Assembly: GCA_951406725.2 (NCBI GenBank)
Contig: OX597816.1
Coordinates: 156,612,001 to 156,676,000, forward strand
From: Octopus vulgaris
Lineage: Eukaryota
Direction of reading: 5' to 3'
Length of the DNA: 64,000 nt
Below are positions 26,626 to 38,844 of the stretch, piece after piece; positions within the stretch are counted from its first letter, which is position 1, and the number at the start of each line of letters is the position of its first letter. The notes beneath the pieces were generated by a model. That model was not told the origin of the DNA, searched no databases, and saw only the letters and a list, made by a program, of their open reading frames with translations. A program made the translations under genes and the position numbers.

Positions 26626-27689
26626 AAATATGAACATATATATATATACTTATATATACATACATACACACACATACACATACGCATATACATATCTAAG
26701 TCATAATATATGGATTCAACTATGCCAACTGTACTCATAAATATGAAGCCCTATATTTCGTAAATATTGTCTCTAAAATCTCTTGTTTAGTTGCAGTTTC
26801 TTAGTATTTCTCTTTGTATTTTTGCGATCTTTATCTCTTACTCTGTTAATAATAATTATATCACTTTTCTTTTATTATACCAATAATATTTTACTCGTTA
26901 TGGTCGTAGGAAAATCTACTAGGTACTTTACAATTACATTACTAAAATCCCATTCTCTCTGTTAGAAAATAGTCGTAATATCTTTTTATTAATTTTATAA
27001 TTATTGTCTTCCGCAACTTTTAAGGTTCTATTGAGTTCGCATTCTTGAAACGTTAAGTTGAGACATTATTATTTAAGACATTTTTTCTCTCACCTGAACT
27101 TCTCAGCATTAAAATCTGATATGTAAGATCTTCGCTACCCTGATAAGACGAGGGCACGTCTTATCGAATGTTGATGACATCTATAACAGCTGTATATTCT
27201 GGTGATCTACATCCACCAACATTGTCATGTGTCTCCGAGACCCCAGAAACAGCTGTTGAACATATAATTCCTTTCTTCCACCCCATTTAATTTTCTCTGT
27301 CCTTTGTATTCTCATCTATTAATATAAATATCTATATATTTATATTTAAATATTCATAGTATGAAAGTCTTCAGCTATTGCTTTCTCTCGTTTTTCATAT
27401 GTACATATATGCACATTTTGTATTTCGTACCCAAATTATTATATTTAATATAATTAACTTGTTTATCCGCATAATTAATTCTATATCCGGTCAACTTGGA
27501 ATCAATCCTCTCTAAATACTTCGGATTTTAAGTATGAATACTTCGAGCACTAATAGGTATCTTCTATACCGACAATCTCTGGATCCCATCTGTGGAATAT
27601 GTGTGTGTGTGTGCGTGCGTGTGTGTGTGTGCGTGTGTTTGTGTGTGCGTGCGTGCGTGTGTTTATATATATATGTATATATATATATA

Positions 27690-27831
27690 GCAAATATGTA
27701 ACAAGGATGTCGAGGTATTAAATACAATGCGACCGTTTCAAATTGAGTAATGTTTGAATTATTCGATTAAATGGAGACGCCTGAAACGGCAGTATTGCAT
27801 TGATACCTTAACAACCTTGTTACTTGTTTGC
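27690..27831. repeat. Hairpin with ~50-bp arms
   Basis: GCAAATATGTAACAAGGATGTCGAGGTATT...CCGTTTCA vs TGAAACGG...ATACCTTAACAACCTTGTTACTTGTTTGC. Confidence 0.85.
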
Positions 27832-28229
27832 TTTTCATTCACCTTACTTTGAGCCTTGCGGATAATACCGGACTGGATTGGTGCATCAACTTAAGTACCT
27901 TATTCAACTGGATTTTAATTATTTCTTATATATGTGTATGTGTATTTGTGTGAGTGTGCGTGCGTATGTGTTCGAGAGTGTGGGTTCGTGAGTGTGTGTT
28001 CGTGTGTATCTATGCATTTGTGTGAGCGTATGTAAGTGTGAAACCCATATCGATCTCAAGAAGCGTCATTGATGAAGTGTGCAGGGGCATCAGAGAATGA
28101 TGTGTAAAAAATGGTTTGTCTTGAATGGCCAGATGGTTCCAGGAAAAGGTTGGACGTCGACTAAGAATAGTGTGATGACGGCTGGAAATACAACGAATAG
28201 CCAAGGGTGATAACAAATGGGCTGTGAGG

Positions 28230-29130
28230 GTTAACAGACCTTATATCTTTTGTGAAGGATTCGGGAAGAGCTGTGACTAGTCTTAAGGATATATTCCTCC
28301 ATATGTTCCTGAGCGGCGAGTAGCATTCGAATCCACAACGGATGGAACAGTTGGATAAGAAATCAACTACGGATTCGGAATGCGTTTGCGAGATTTTAAA
28401 GAATCTGCATTGCTTGAGGTTTCACAATGCCAAAATGCAACGTACTGAGAAGATGCATGTACCACAACTTACAGGAAATATATCTTAATAAGACGCAGAA
28501 GGTGCCAGGACCGAAGTCAAGCCACAGTTCCGGAACCTCCTAAATATATAACATCGTAGGGTAAAATGACATTAAGTTAACAAGAAAGAATGGTGCCAGT
28601 TTCATATGGATGTCGAACACATCTTGCAAGTAACAAAGCAGATACTGAGGTCAGAACAAGACAAAAGTGTAAATCAATGTAAGCTTTCAAAGTTGTAGAC
28701 TAAGACACAGATCGTTGTGGGCATTGTATCTCCAGAAAGATCTAACCTGTTTATCAAGTCAACACCTCAATATAACAAGTTGGAAGGAAAAGACTCGAGG
28801 CTTCTGAGGTGCGAGCCTTGACTGAAAAGGAACGAAACATCAAATGTTTTAGGATAAGGCGTCAGGATACCCAGTTAAGATGGGAGAAATTGGAGCCCAA
28901 CATGATAAAATTCCTAATTCAGGTAATTAATATCTTAGCAAGCCTTACCAACTCGTTTCACTGAAAAAAAATTGAGTCTCTATTCTTCCCCAGTGCATTT
29001 CGGGATGAACCATGCAGCACATCCTCAGTAGCTGCTTAAAAAACCAAAATCTACCTTTGGAGGCATGACAAGGATTTTCAAGGTCATAGTAGACACCATA
29101 CAAGGTGGGGTTGGTCATTGCAAGCACTTC
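28230..29130 (+). mobile_element. Degraded NeSL/HERO-like RLE LINE fragment
   Basis: EPNMIKFLIQ...TMQHILSSC...YLWRHDK zinc-knuckle region. Confidence 0.55.
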
Positions 29131-29801
29131 AAGTTCTCGTTAGCTTCGTCAGAGCTACCGAGATTTCCCAAAATTTGTTTTCTTGATTGCCATTTCTCAA
29201 ACATAATTATACGTCGTGTAATATTCTGCATAATGTAGGATAATGTAACACATTATCTCTGCCTTGTTTAGCTATCTCATAATTCATTAATAATAATTAC
29301 TATGAAAACCTGCTAATCACTTCTAAAGCATTCTTTCTCGATTCTTTCCTATCTAATACGTCTACCGCCTCACATCAGTATAACTTATGTCATTTAATAC
29401 ATAACTAATATTAATATAGAAATAATTCAATCAATATCCCCATCTATTACATTAAGCTTTATATATACTTAATAAGCGAAAGCCTCAAGTCCTCTAATTA
29501 TGATATTTATTTCACCTCTACGTTAAATAGCTACTAACAGTCAACAAATGTCTTCACAGGATAAAAGGATTCAACTACTTTCGCTCCTTCCCATCTTCAC
29601 TTGAATTATCCCCCTTCCTCTTATATATTAATATAAAGGTTTTCTCTCTATTTTCTATGTCTTGTTCATACATTTTGCAAATTCTATTGCATTTTCGTAC
29701 ATTAATCTATGTCCACTATCCACGTGTGTGTATGCTATATATGTAAGTATATATGTACGTGAGTGTCTATCTCTTTCAGTGATTTATATATATATGTGTG
29801 T

Positions 29802-29876
<75 letters not shown>

Positions 29877-30180
29877 TAACATGGTACAATGATAAACAGG
29901 GCAACTTGGAGGCATTTCTCCGCACACTGAGAAAAATGTCAACCTTAGTCGATTTTCAAACCATATTGGTTTCTATTCAGAGACGTCCACATCATTCTGA
30001 TATTCTCCAGAGAAACCAGCAGCCAAACTGTTTATAAACTCAACAAATACTGTAGTTACTCTATGAAATAGTTCCTAATTTGCACACCGAAACTGTTTAA
30101 AACTGTATTAATACCAGCGGCCTGACAACGGGGATCTTAGTCCACACAGTATGAAGGTATAATAAATGTGTAACATATGG

Positions 30181-30278
<98 letters not shown>

Positions 30279-30482
30279 TGTGCGTGTGTGTTTGTGTGTG
30301 TGTATTTAAAGAGCTAAAAAACCACTAAGTGTTCAGCCGTATGCTAGAAGTAGATCACCAACGATCAAACTACAAAGAAAAGAATATTCTCTAGAGAAAA
30401 ATTCAGCGGACACCAGAACAATATGCGGGCAAGACAGATGAAAATTATATAAAAACAAGAATTACTCGCAGACCGAGTATAT

Positions 30483-30627
30483 AGGAAGAGTTTACGAAAA
30501 AAACAAAAGACGAAGACAGGTGGTGTACAAAACAAGCAGATGTATTAGTATAACCATCAGGAATAGAAAAAGTCTTTTACGTTTCGAGCCTACGCTCTTT
30601 TCTAGAAGAGCGTAGGCTCGAAACGTA
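30483..30627 (-). mobile_element. PLE pseudo-LTR ending in a perfect 22-bp hairpin
   Basis: Matches 45391-45470 in reverse; TACGTTTCGAGCCTACGCTCTT-TTCTAG-AAGAGCGTAGGCTCGAAACGTA. Confidence 0.75.
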
Positions 30628-30644
30628 TATATATATATATATAT

Positions 30645-31330
30645 TTGTAGATAAAGGAAACAGTCATCGCGATATAAACCACCGAGGATACATGGGAATT
30701 GGTCAGCCATTTCTAATGGAATATAAATACCGACCAAATCAGCTAATTCATCTGAGTCAGAAAACCCCATCAGCATATCAAAGCAGTCAGGTCTACCTTT
30801 ACGAACACAAAGTTTGTTATCAAATTTAATAATAGATTTTCCAGCTGTGAAAACAACATCAATTTCATCCCAGGGGAGTCAGCTTTATTGTGCACGAACC
30901 ATAGGGCTTTATGAAGGATGGTGGTGTTGACAGAGGAATAATAACTATAGATGTCAAGCTGGATAAATTTAGTGTTTAGTTTATTACCGATAGAGTTGAA
31001 ACCTTCCACAACTTATATTAAGTTTAAATTTTTTTTGTCATCGACGGAATGTACTTATCAAGAATATTTTTGCTAAGTATACCGATATCAGAGGGGCAGA
31101 TAAGATTGCAAGTTGGGTGATTGAAGAAGTTAGGTTTGTGGTCCTTTAAGACAAAATGGGTTTGCTTTGGGCTTATTAGCTTCTAGGTTAGCCTTTCTGA
31201 AGGCATTTTACTAGTAGTCTTTAAGTGATACAGATTAACAGTTTTATCCGATTGAACACGTAGGCCTTCCATGCTGTTCATTTCTTTGCTAATATTATGT
31301 ACATATCTTAGATGTTTTTTTGTTAAGGGT
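30645..31330 (-). mobile_element. Penelope-like element RT fragment (possibly Naiad-type), frameshifted
   Basis: VLKDHKPNFFNHPTCNLICPS..IG.LSKNILD; FIQLDIYSYYSS; MGFSDSDELADLVGIYI; GLYRDD. Confidence 0.85.
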
Positions 31331-31359
31331 AAATATACGTGTATATGTATGCAGGTGTG

Positions 31360-31360
31360 C

Positions 31361-31415
<55 letters not shown>

Positions 31416-31582
31416 CATATATACACATATATATACATATATGTATATATACATATATACATATATATATACATATATATGTATATATATATATGTATGT
31501 CCATATGTATATATATGTATATAAATATATACGTACATATAAATAAATATATAAATATATATATGCATATATATGTATACAG

Positions 31583-31634
<52 letters not shown>

Positions 31635-31655
31635 AGAGAGAGAGAGAGAAGAGAG
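31360..31655. repeat. (TA)n-rich and (GA)n microsatellite
   Basis: Visible runs. Confidence 0.95.
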
Positions 31656-32220
31656 AAATACACTAAGACAGAGGGTGGGATATTGAAAGGGACATTTGTA
31701 AGAGAACTTGTGAAACATACCGGTAGAGGAAGACATATTGGTTTAGAAAATTGATAAAAAATAGGTCGCTATTTCCCTAATTATTGTAAAGTAGAGCATC
31801 ACTGACATCTCTTTCTAATTGTCATCTGTGTAGAACCCGCAGTTAATAAATATGGATATCGGAAGTCACTCAAGCCAGTAAGTTTAGTGCCTCGGTGATA
31901 GCTGCATAATGATAGTAATGTTAATAGATCTTTGAAGCTGACCCATATTTTAATATTGTAAACGATCATTTCCATATACTTATAAAAAAAATTAACACTC
32001 ATACGTAAATACAGAGATGTATAAGCAAGCGTGCATAGCCTTCAATGCATTTGCAGAATGACATATGTGGATATGTATTTGTGTGTCTTTTAGTAGTCTT
32101 TGAACTATCCAGTATCACTTTGCCATCTCCTAGCTATGTATGCACTTGTGTGTTCAGAGGACCTTGTCCAAGTATGCGATTGTGATGGATGTATATAAGT
32201 ATATATATGTATAGGCGAAA

Positions 32221-32453
32221 AAGGCGGCGAGCTGACAGAAACGTTAGCGCCCCGGGCGAAATGCTTAGCGGTATTTCGTCTGACGTTACGTTCTGGGTTC
32301 AAATTCTGCCGAGGTAGACTTTGCCTTTCATCCTTTCGGGGTCGATAAATAAAGTACCAATTTCGCACTGGGGTCGATGTAATCGACTTAATCCATTTGT
32401 CTGCCCTTGTTTGTCCCCTCTATATTTAGCCCCTTGTGGGTAGTAAAGAAATA
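32221..32453 (+). mobile_element. Full-length tRNA-derived SINE family 2 (Meta-domain-like centre)
   Basis: GGCGGCGAGCTG head, GGTTCAAATTC B-box, GCCTTTCATCCTTTCGGGGTCGATAAATAAAGTACC centre, TAGCCCCTTGTGGGTAGTAAAG 3' end. Confidence 0.88.
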
Positions 32454-32926
32454 TATATATATATATACATATATTATATATATATGTGTATGTGTGACAG
32501 AGTGTGTGTGAGTATACATATACATATATATACCTATACACACACGCACATATATATGTCAACATTTGCATAATTATGCATACATATGTTATACATATAC
32601 GCAATATATATATATATGTACGCGTGTATGTGTGACGTTGTGTGCGGGCACTTTATGTGTGTGTGCGCGTGTGTATCTTTGTTTGTGTACGCATTTGTAT
32701 TTAATTCGTGCAAAGGAGAGAAAAGCAGTCAATAGTGACGCTTCATTTTTTGTTCTTCTAAGTGAGGTCTAAGAAATAATCACATAATTAATAATGTATA
32801 GAGAATGCATTATATAAACGATTACATGACGGGAATTATGTATGATGTATATATATATATATACACACACACACATACACGCACAGACACTCACAGACGC
32901 GCGCGCTCGGGCACACACACATACAC

Positions 32927-32971
<45 letters not shown>

Positions 32972-33044
32972 GAGAGAGAGAGAGAGAGAGAGAAACTCGA
33001 GAGTACGAACACTGAAAGTATCAATTTATTTATATAATAGTCAA

Positions 33045-34653
33045 TTTCATGTTTCCTACGCACGTTTCAATTCCTCACCAAGTCCGTTTTTCATGGAGAG
33101 CTACGGAAAAGCCACAGCAGTAGGAGTAGCTCGGCTGTTGGATCTGAAACAGATAAATGTAAATATGGAGGAGATACTAAGAAGAGAACTGTATATATGG
33201 AAGGAAGGAGACGCAGTGACTTGGCCTCTCCGGAAGAGACGGTCGAGGATAAGAGTGATAGGACGGTGGTATACCGCACGCAAGATGTGGCCGCCACTAA
33301 AATTGAAATCCTATCGGAAAATAACGTGGAGGAGTGTTTGGGACTCATAAAAATGACAACTTTGGTTAACCGAGGAAAGAAATATGGTACGGTGGCGGTA
33401 TGGTTTGCCACAAAAGAAGAGGCAGCCTCACAATCCACCACTATTTTACGCAGTGAAAAAGTATCGCTGTTGCCGACGTGTACACATTCGCATTGGAACG
33501 GTGCCACCAGAAATAAAACCAGGGTGGTTGGTAACAGCTGTTATGGTTACCACCGAGGATGGTCTCAAATTAGGGACAGTTAGAAAAAAGAGCTAATTAA
33601 CCGGCTTAGTGTACGGCGTCGAGATATGGGTTTTTTACCACATTCAAGGACATTGAAAGTATCTCCTACCAGATAGGGATTTGGGGAGAGAGTTCCCTCA
33701 ATGTGATTGTTGAGGGACGTAGACTAAATTATTATGAGTGTGGAATATGAGGCCACATGAAGACGCAGTGCCCCAAGCACCACCCTCCTCAGAGTGAGAA
33801 GGCTGTGGAGAAGGACCAAAAAGCAGTGGAGTTTGGAGTAACAAATGATGCGATAACAGAAGGAGACAGCAGAAGTGATATGGAGTGCGCCCAGAGATAC
33901 GGAAGAGGTGGAGTCGAAGAAAGACAGAACGAAAGCGGCAAGTGAGGAGAGTGACGGGTTTGTCAGCCCCAAAAGGAGGAAAAAGTCGAAAACAAGAGAA
34001 GACTCTGAAAGACCAGCAACATAACCAGATAGGACACCCAAAGAAGATAAGGAACCACCTATATACAAACATATGCATACAATAGAAACAGAACCAAAAG
34101 TGCGAGAGTCAATAGAAGGACGGAACAGCACGGTTTTAAAAATAAGGTATTTGTAGTGTACTACAAAAAGAATGTAGACGTGGAAAGGAGGATTTCGAAT
34201 TGGAAAGGAATAACAAGGGTGAAAATAAACAGGGAGGATTTCAAGGAAGAACGAAAGTGTGTACTATTGAATGAGAATAGATACGACACGTTTATAAAAA
34301 CATATAGAAAGTATATAATTTCACTTTGTGGGCCGGTGTATTTTGATGCCCTACCACCCGTAATTCAATATAAAGAGTTGAAAATTGAAAAAAAAATATG
34401 AGCAATTATAAAACATGATGAAGATATGAATTTAAAAAGACAACTGTTCAAAATAATGTCTAAATGTAACCACTCAACTTCGGGGATCGAGTAGTCGTTG
34501 CGCTTCATTTTAACATTTTCATATTTTCATTCGTTCTTTTTTGTTTTTCTTCTGTACTCAATTTCTTTCTGTATTTTTACTTCCCCGATTATGTGGCCTG
34601 TATTGTTTTGTATGTCCAATCTCTATTTATAGCCCCTTGTAGGTAATAAAAAA
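33045..34653 (+). mobile_element. ORF1-only L1/Tx1-like retroelement remnant (half-L1-like)
   Basis: ATG at 33093; RRVHIRIGTVPPEIKPGWL; VIVEGR..YYECGI*GHMKTQCP (degenerate CCHC knuckle); no RT seen; T-rich 3' UTR and AATAAAAAAA end. Confidence 0.65.
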
Positions 34654-34655
34654 TT

Positions 34656-34708
34656 GAGGACGTTGGTGTTGCCTTGGCGGAGGTTTGCGATCTCTGAGTG
34701 CACTTGTT
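34656..34708 (+). mobile_element. 3' end of the Helentron-like family
   Basis: Reverse complement of 5689-5742. Confidence 0.7.
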
Positions 34709-35481
34709 AGATACTGGTTTTACTGTTTACGAGCGGCAAACATTGCAATGAGATTGTGTAATATCTGGTTGATACAATTCATATACTCTAGCTGTCAACC
34801 GGAATTAGTCTCTCTAAAGGCACACAACATAACCAAGCTAGCAATTTTATGAATATTAGCAAACTCATTGCCAGTTGACTTTCCTTCCATGTTGCTCTTC
34901 AATTCAAGTTGGTGGAATATCACTAAATTATTCTACTTGTCTAAGTATATTCTATATACCCATGAAAATGAACAGTAAAAATATAGTAGTCGACGAAGAA
35001 GTGGCATGAAACCAGGGCGTAAATATAGATAACACGTAACTGAAATGTACTTTGTTAGTCACACGACAATATATACAAATCTTTGACGAATTACAGACAT
35101 ATATTCATACAATATTTATGCCATCAAAAATAACATGATCAGAATAAACAATACGCGACAAGTAATTGAAGACAAAAATGATAGATTGGCAGACTAGTCG
35201 TTTTGCATTATTTATTGCGGTATATTGTCACTTTGTGATAAAACTCCTTGGGGATCGAATTTTCTTTAGAATAAATTGGAAGTACATCCTAGGGCAGTAT
35301 ACAAACTGCTGACCAAATTGTGGCTCTGTCCCAATGAGGAATATTAGTTTAAACTGTGATATGATATATACTATATCTGTCAGTTTTACGTACATTGTAT
35401 AGTAAACAAACTCTCACTGGAACACTATTTCACGCAGATTTATCTATCTTTGTAATTATCAATCTCACTCTTCCCACTCTT

Positions 35482-35493
35482 CTATCTATCTAC

Positions 35494-35544
<51 letters not shown>

Positions 35545-35655
35545 CCTATCTATCTATCTATCTATCTATTTATCTACCGACCTCTATATATCTCGCTAGC
35601 TACCTATTTACCTACCTACCTACTTATCCACTTCCCAAACTACCTACCTACCTAA
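35482..35655. repeat. (CTAT)n/(CTAC)n microsatellite
   Basis: Visible runs. Confidence 0.95.
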
Positions 35656-36126
35656 ATATGAATCAATCTGTACTCTTTATTTATATAGATTCTTTCGGTG
35701 GGAAATCTGATATTACGTTTCGATCTGATTTGGTCTCATCAGGTACAAAAATCTCAGTCATTCAAATTTGAGCCGGTATATCAAGTTACAATACAGAAAT
35801 CGGTGACAATAATATGTACTGATTCTTGGTTTGTTGTATGTCCCATCTTTTATAACATATCAACTATAGATCTAATCATGATATAATATTTTATGGATCT
35901 TGATGGTATATAGTATTTTATGGCATATTTCTTAATAATATATTTCAGAATTATATCTAACTTTTACAAGAAGAGGAGTTACTATGTCTTGGTAGACTTA
36001 CCAGGCCCAAACATGGAAGATTTTGACATCGATCCTGTTGACCTTTATGAAATATGTAGCTTACAAGAAGATTCTGAGCATTCTTGGAGTAATATTAATA
36101 TGTTTTTATATAACTTGACATAAAAA

Positions 36127-36159
<33 letters not shown>

Positions 36160-36161
<2 letters not shown>

Positions 36162-36418
36162 AGGGCAGCGGACTCGCGTTCGTAGGATCGCGGTTTCGAT
36201 TCCCAGACCAGGCGTTGTGAGTGTTTATTGAGCGAAAACACCTAAAAGCTCCACAAGGCTCCGGCAGGGGGTGGTGATTCTGTCACCACTCTTTCTTCTG
36301 TTGGCCTGCTCGCTTAGCCAGCGGGGTGGCGTCATTCGAAGGCTAAAACAATGCGAACGCATTGTGACCAGCGATGTGTAGCTACATCTGATGGACTGGT
36401 CGGTCACGTGATCACGTG

Positions 36419-36445
<27 letters not shown>
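36160..36445 (+). mobile_element. tRNA-derived SINE family 3 with (ACAT)n tail
   Basis: GGTTTCGATTCCC B-box, TTGAGCGAAAACACCTAA CORE-like segment, GTCACGTGATCACGTGA end. Confidence 0.7.
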
Positions 36446-36449
<4 letters not shown>

Positions 36450-36661
36450 GATGTAGCTAAATAATTTTATAAGCATAAGGTAGATTGCTACTTCCAGTTT
36501 CACAAACATTCAGCCTTGTTCAAAGAGTTAAGAGCAAGTCATTGCAGCGGGAAAATTCCATATTGTCAATATGCATATATACATACACACTGACGCCCAC
36601 ACATACACTCACATACACAAATACATTTGCACCCCACTCCACCCCACATTATTGATATATA

Positions 36662-37145
36662 TATAAGATGACGATATTGCAGATTTGTTAGCGCTACGAG
36701 CAAATTGCTTAGCGGCATTTCGTCCGTCTTCACGTTCTCAGTTCAAATTCCACCGAGTTCCACTATGCCTTTCATCTCTTTTGTGGAGACGCGTGGCTCC
36801 AGATTGTCAGCATCATGATCGTAAGATTGTGGTTTCGATTTCTGGACCGGGCGACGCGTTCTATTCTTGAGCAAAACACTTCATTTCAAGTTGCAGCAGT
36901 CCACTCACCTGGCAAAAATGCGTAACGTTGCGATGGACTGGCGTCCCGTCCAGCTGGGAAGCACATACGCTATTGCAACCGGGAAACCGGGCCCATGAGC
37001 CTCGCTAGGCTTTAAAAGGGATCATTTATTTATTTATTTATTCATCTCTTTTGGAATCGATAAACTAAGTACCAGTCGAGCACTACAATCGATGTAATCG
37101 GCTAGTCCTCTCTCCGAAATTTCAGGCTTTGTTCCTTGATTATTA
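36662..37145 (+). mobile_element. SINE family 2 interrupted by another SINE
   Basis: Head and centre up to TTCATCTCTTTTG (36771-36783); resumes after the duplicated TTCATCTCTTTTG (37041-37053). Confidence 0.75.
36784..37040 (+). mobile_element. tRNA-derived SINE family 4 (V-domain-like), 13-bp TSD, (ATTT)n tail
   Basis: GGTTTCGATTTC B-box; TGCGATGGACTGGCGTCCCGTCCAG motif; perfect TSD. Confidence 0.82.
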
Positions 37146-37156
37146 CTTATAAATAT

Positions 37157-37360
37157 AAGGCAGTGAGCTGGCAAAACAATTAACACGCTGGACAAAATGC
37201 TTAGCGCCATTTCTTCTGGTCCCACGTTCTGAGTCGATGTAGATTTTGAATTTCATTCATCGGTGTCATTGACATAAGTACCTGTTGAGCACTGGTATCT
37301 ATTTAATTAATTATTCCCATTCCTTCAACCTTCAAGTTTTTGCTTATAGTAGTAATGATT
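37157..37360 (+). mobile_element. SINE family 2, degraded
   Basis: AAGGCAGTGAGCTGGCAAAAC head; ATAAGTACC centre. Confidence 0.7.
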
Positions 37361-38113
37361 GTGAATGATGGAAATATGTAACTAAAAATATGATTCCTAT
37401 ACAACAATTAGAACGATGAAGAAAACGTAAAAAATAAATCGACTTTTTGACTAATGTATATTGCAGTTTTAGGTCGTTGAGTACATTAGACGTTAATGGA
37501 GCACTTATAATTATATGGGTGGGTGTGGTGTAGGAAGCATCTTCTTTAACTGAAAGGTTGATGGTAGTAAGAGTCTGTGTGTGTCAGAGGGATGTCAGTG
37601 GCTTCCTACAAATGAACTTTGATAAGACTGAAATTATGAAAAAAAAAATCACAGAATAACGCGGATAAAAAGAGGCATATAGGTACACACGCACAAACAC
37701 ACACGCTCACATACACGAGCGCACACACACAAGTATACACGCACATTCTTACACACACACACACAAACATATACATGTTTGCAGGCTTCTCCATAATGAT
37801 ATTCCAGCAGATATGTGTGTGTGTGTGTGTGTGTGTGTGATTCAAGATGTGTTTAAATCTTTTTTTGTCTTATTAGGATTTTATTATGATCTTCGTGAAA
37901 TCCATACAACGGTTTTACCCTTGTGAAAACTAGATTTTCCACACCTGAAGAAATTCGATATTAGACTGAAATACGCCTGTGTGGGTTGCCTAAAGCTCAG
38001 GTTGAGCGCTGCATTGGAAACACTTCATCCTTCTACCCTCCCAGGACCTTATATATATATATATATATTTATATACAAAGAAAGAGAGAGACAAAGAGGG
38101 ACATACATATATC

Positions 38114-38144
<31 letters not shown>

Positions 38145-38378
38145 ACAAATATATATGTGTGTGTATACACGCACAGACGTCTTTGCGTACATACGCAGTT
38201 GTACATGCGTATACTTACAATTACATGTAGAATATATATGATGGACTCTCCCGTCGGTTTCCACGTATATCTATATGTTTATTTTCGTAAAATTTCCCTT
38301 TGTCCTGTTTTTCATTTTATTTCATTTGATACATATATATATATATAATATAAGAAACCAAAAGTGTACGTACGCCGC

Positions 38379-38422
<44 letters not shown>

Positions 38423-38469
38423 CGTGTGTATGAATACGTGTGTGTATGTGTGTGTGTGCGTGTGTATAA

Positions 38470-38642
38470 GGCAACATGTGGAACGAGGACGGCCAGATTG
38501 GAGGAGTATTAAGAAACTGCAGAACTTCACTGATGATAGAAACCTCTGAATGAACCGTCCTTGTTTTTTTTTCCTGTCCTTCTATGTATCGTTTTACTGT
38601 CCGGATGTTTTGTTGTCGCCCGTTACGTTCTTGTTCCTTTTT
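38470..38642 (+). mobile_element. PLE-like repeat family B, internally deleted copy
   Basis: GGCCAGATTGGAG...CTGATGATAGAAA...GAATGAACCGTCCTTG...TGTCCGGATGTTTTG matches the reverse complement of 38850-39030. Confidence 0.7.
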
Positions 38643-38844
38643 TATATATACATATAGCGGCGTACGTACACATTTAGTCTCCCGTATATCACTATATATA
38701 TATATATACAATATTTTATAATTATGAGTATAATTATAATTAGGGTTCATCAAAAATTTGCTTTACCAAATACTGAACTTTAGAAATAGCAGCCAAAGTA
38801 CCTTAGTTATTTCTTCTACTATAAGAAGAAACTCAAGAAGAAAA

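Noticed and set aside
32221-32300. tRNA genes at SINE heads
   Set aside because: A/B-box-like motifs only, no cloverleaf; they continue into SINE bodies
35920-36123. Possible host exon (TTTCAG acceptor at ~35948, protein-like composition)
   Set aside because: No recognisable domain, weak pyrimidine tract and no partner exons; needs RNA-seq
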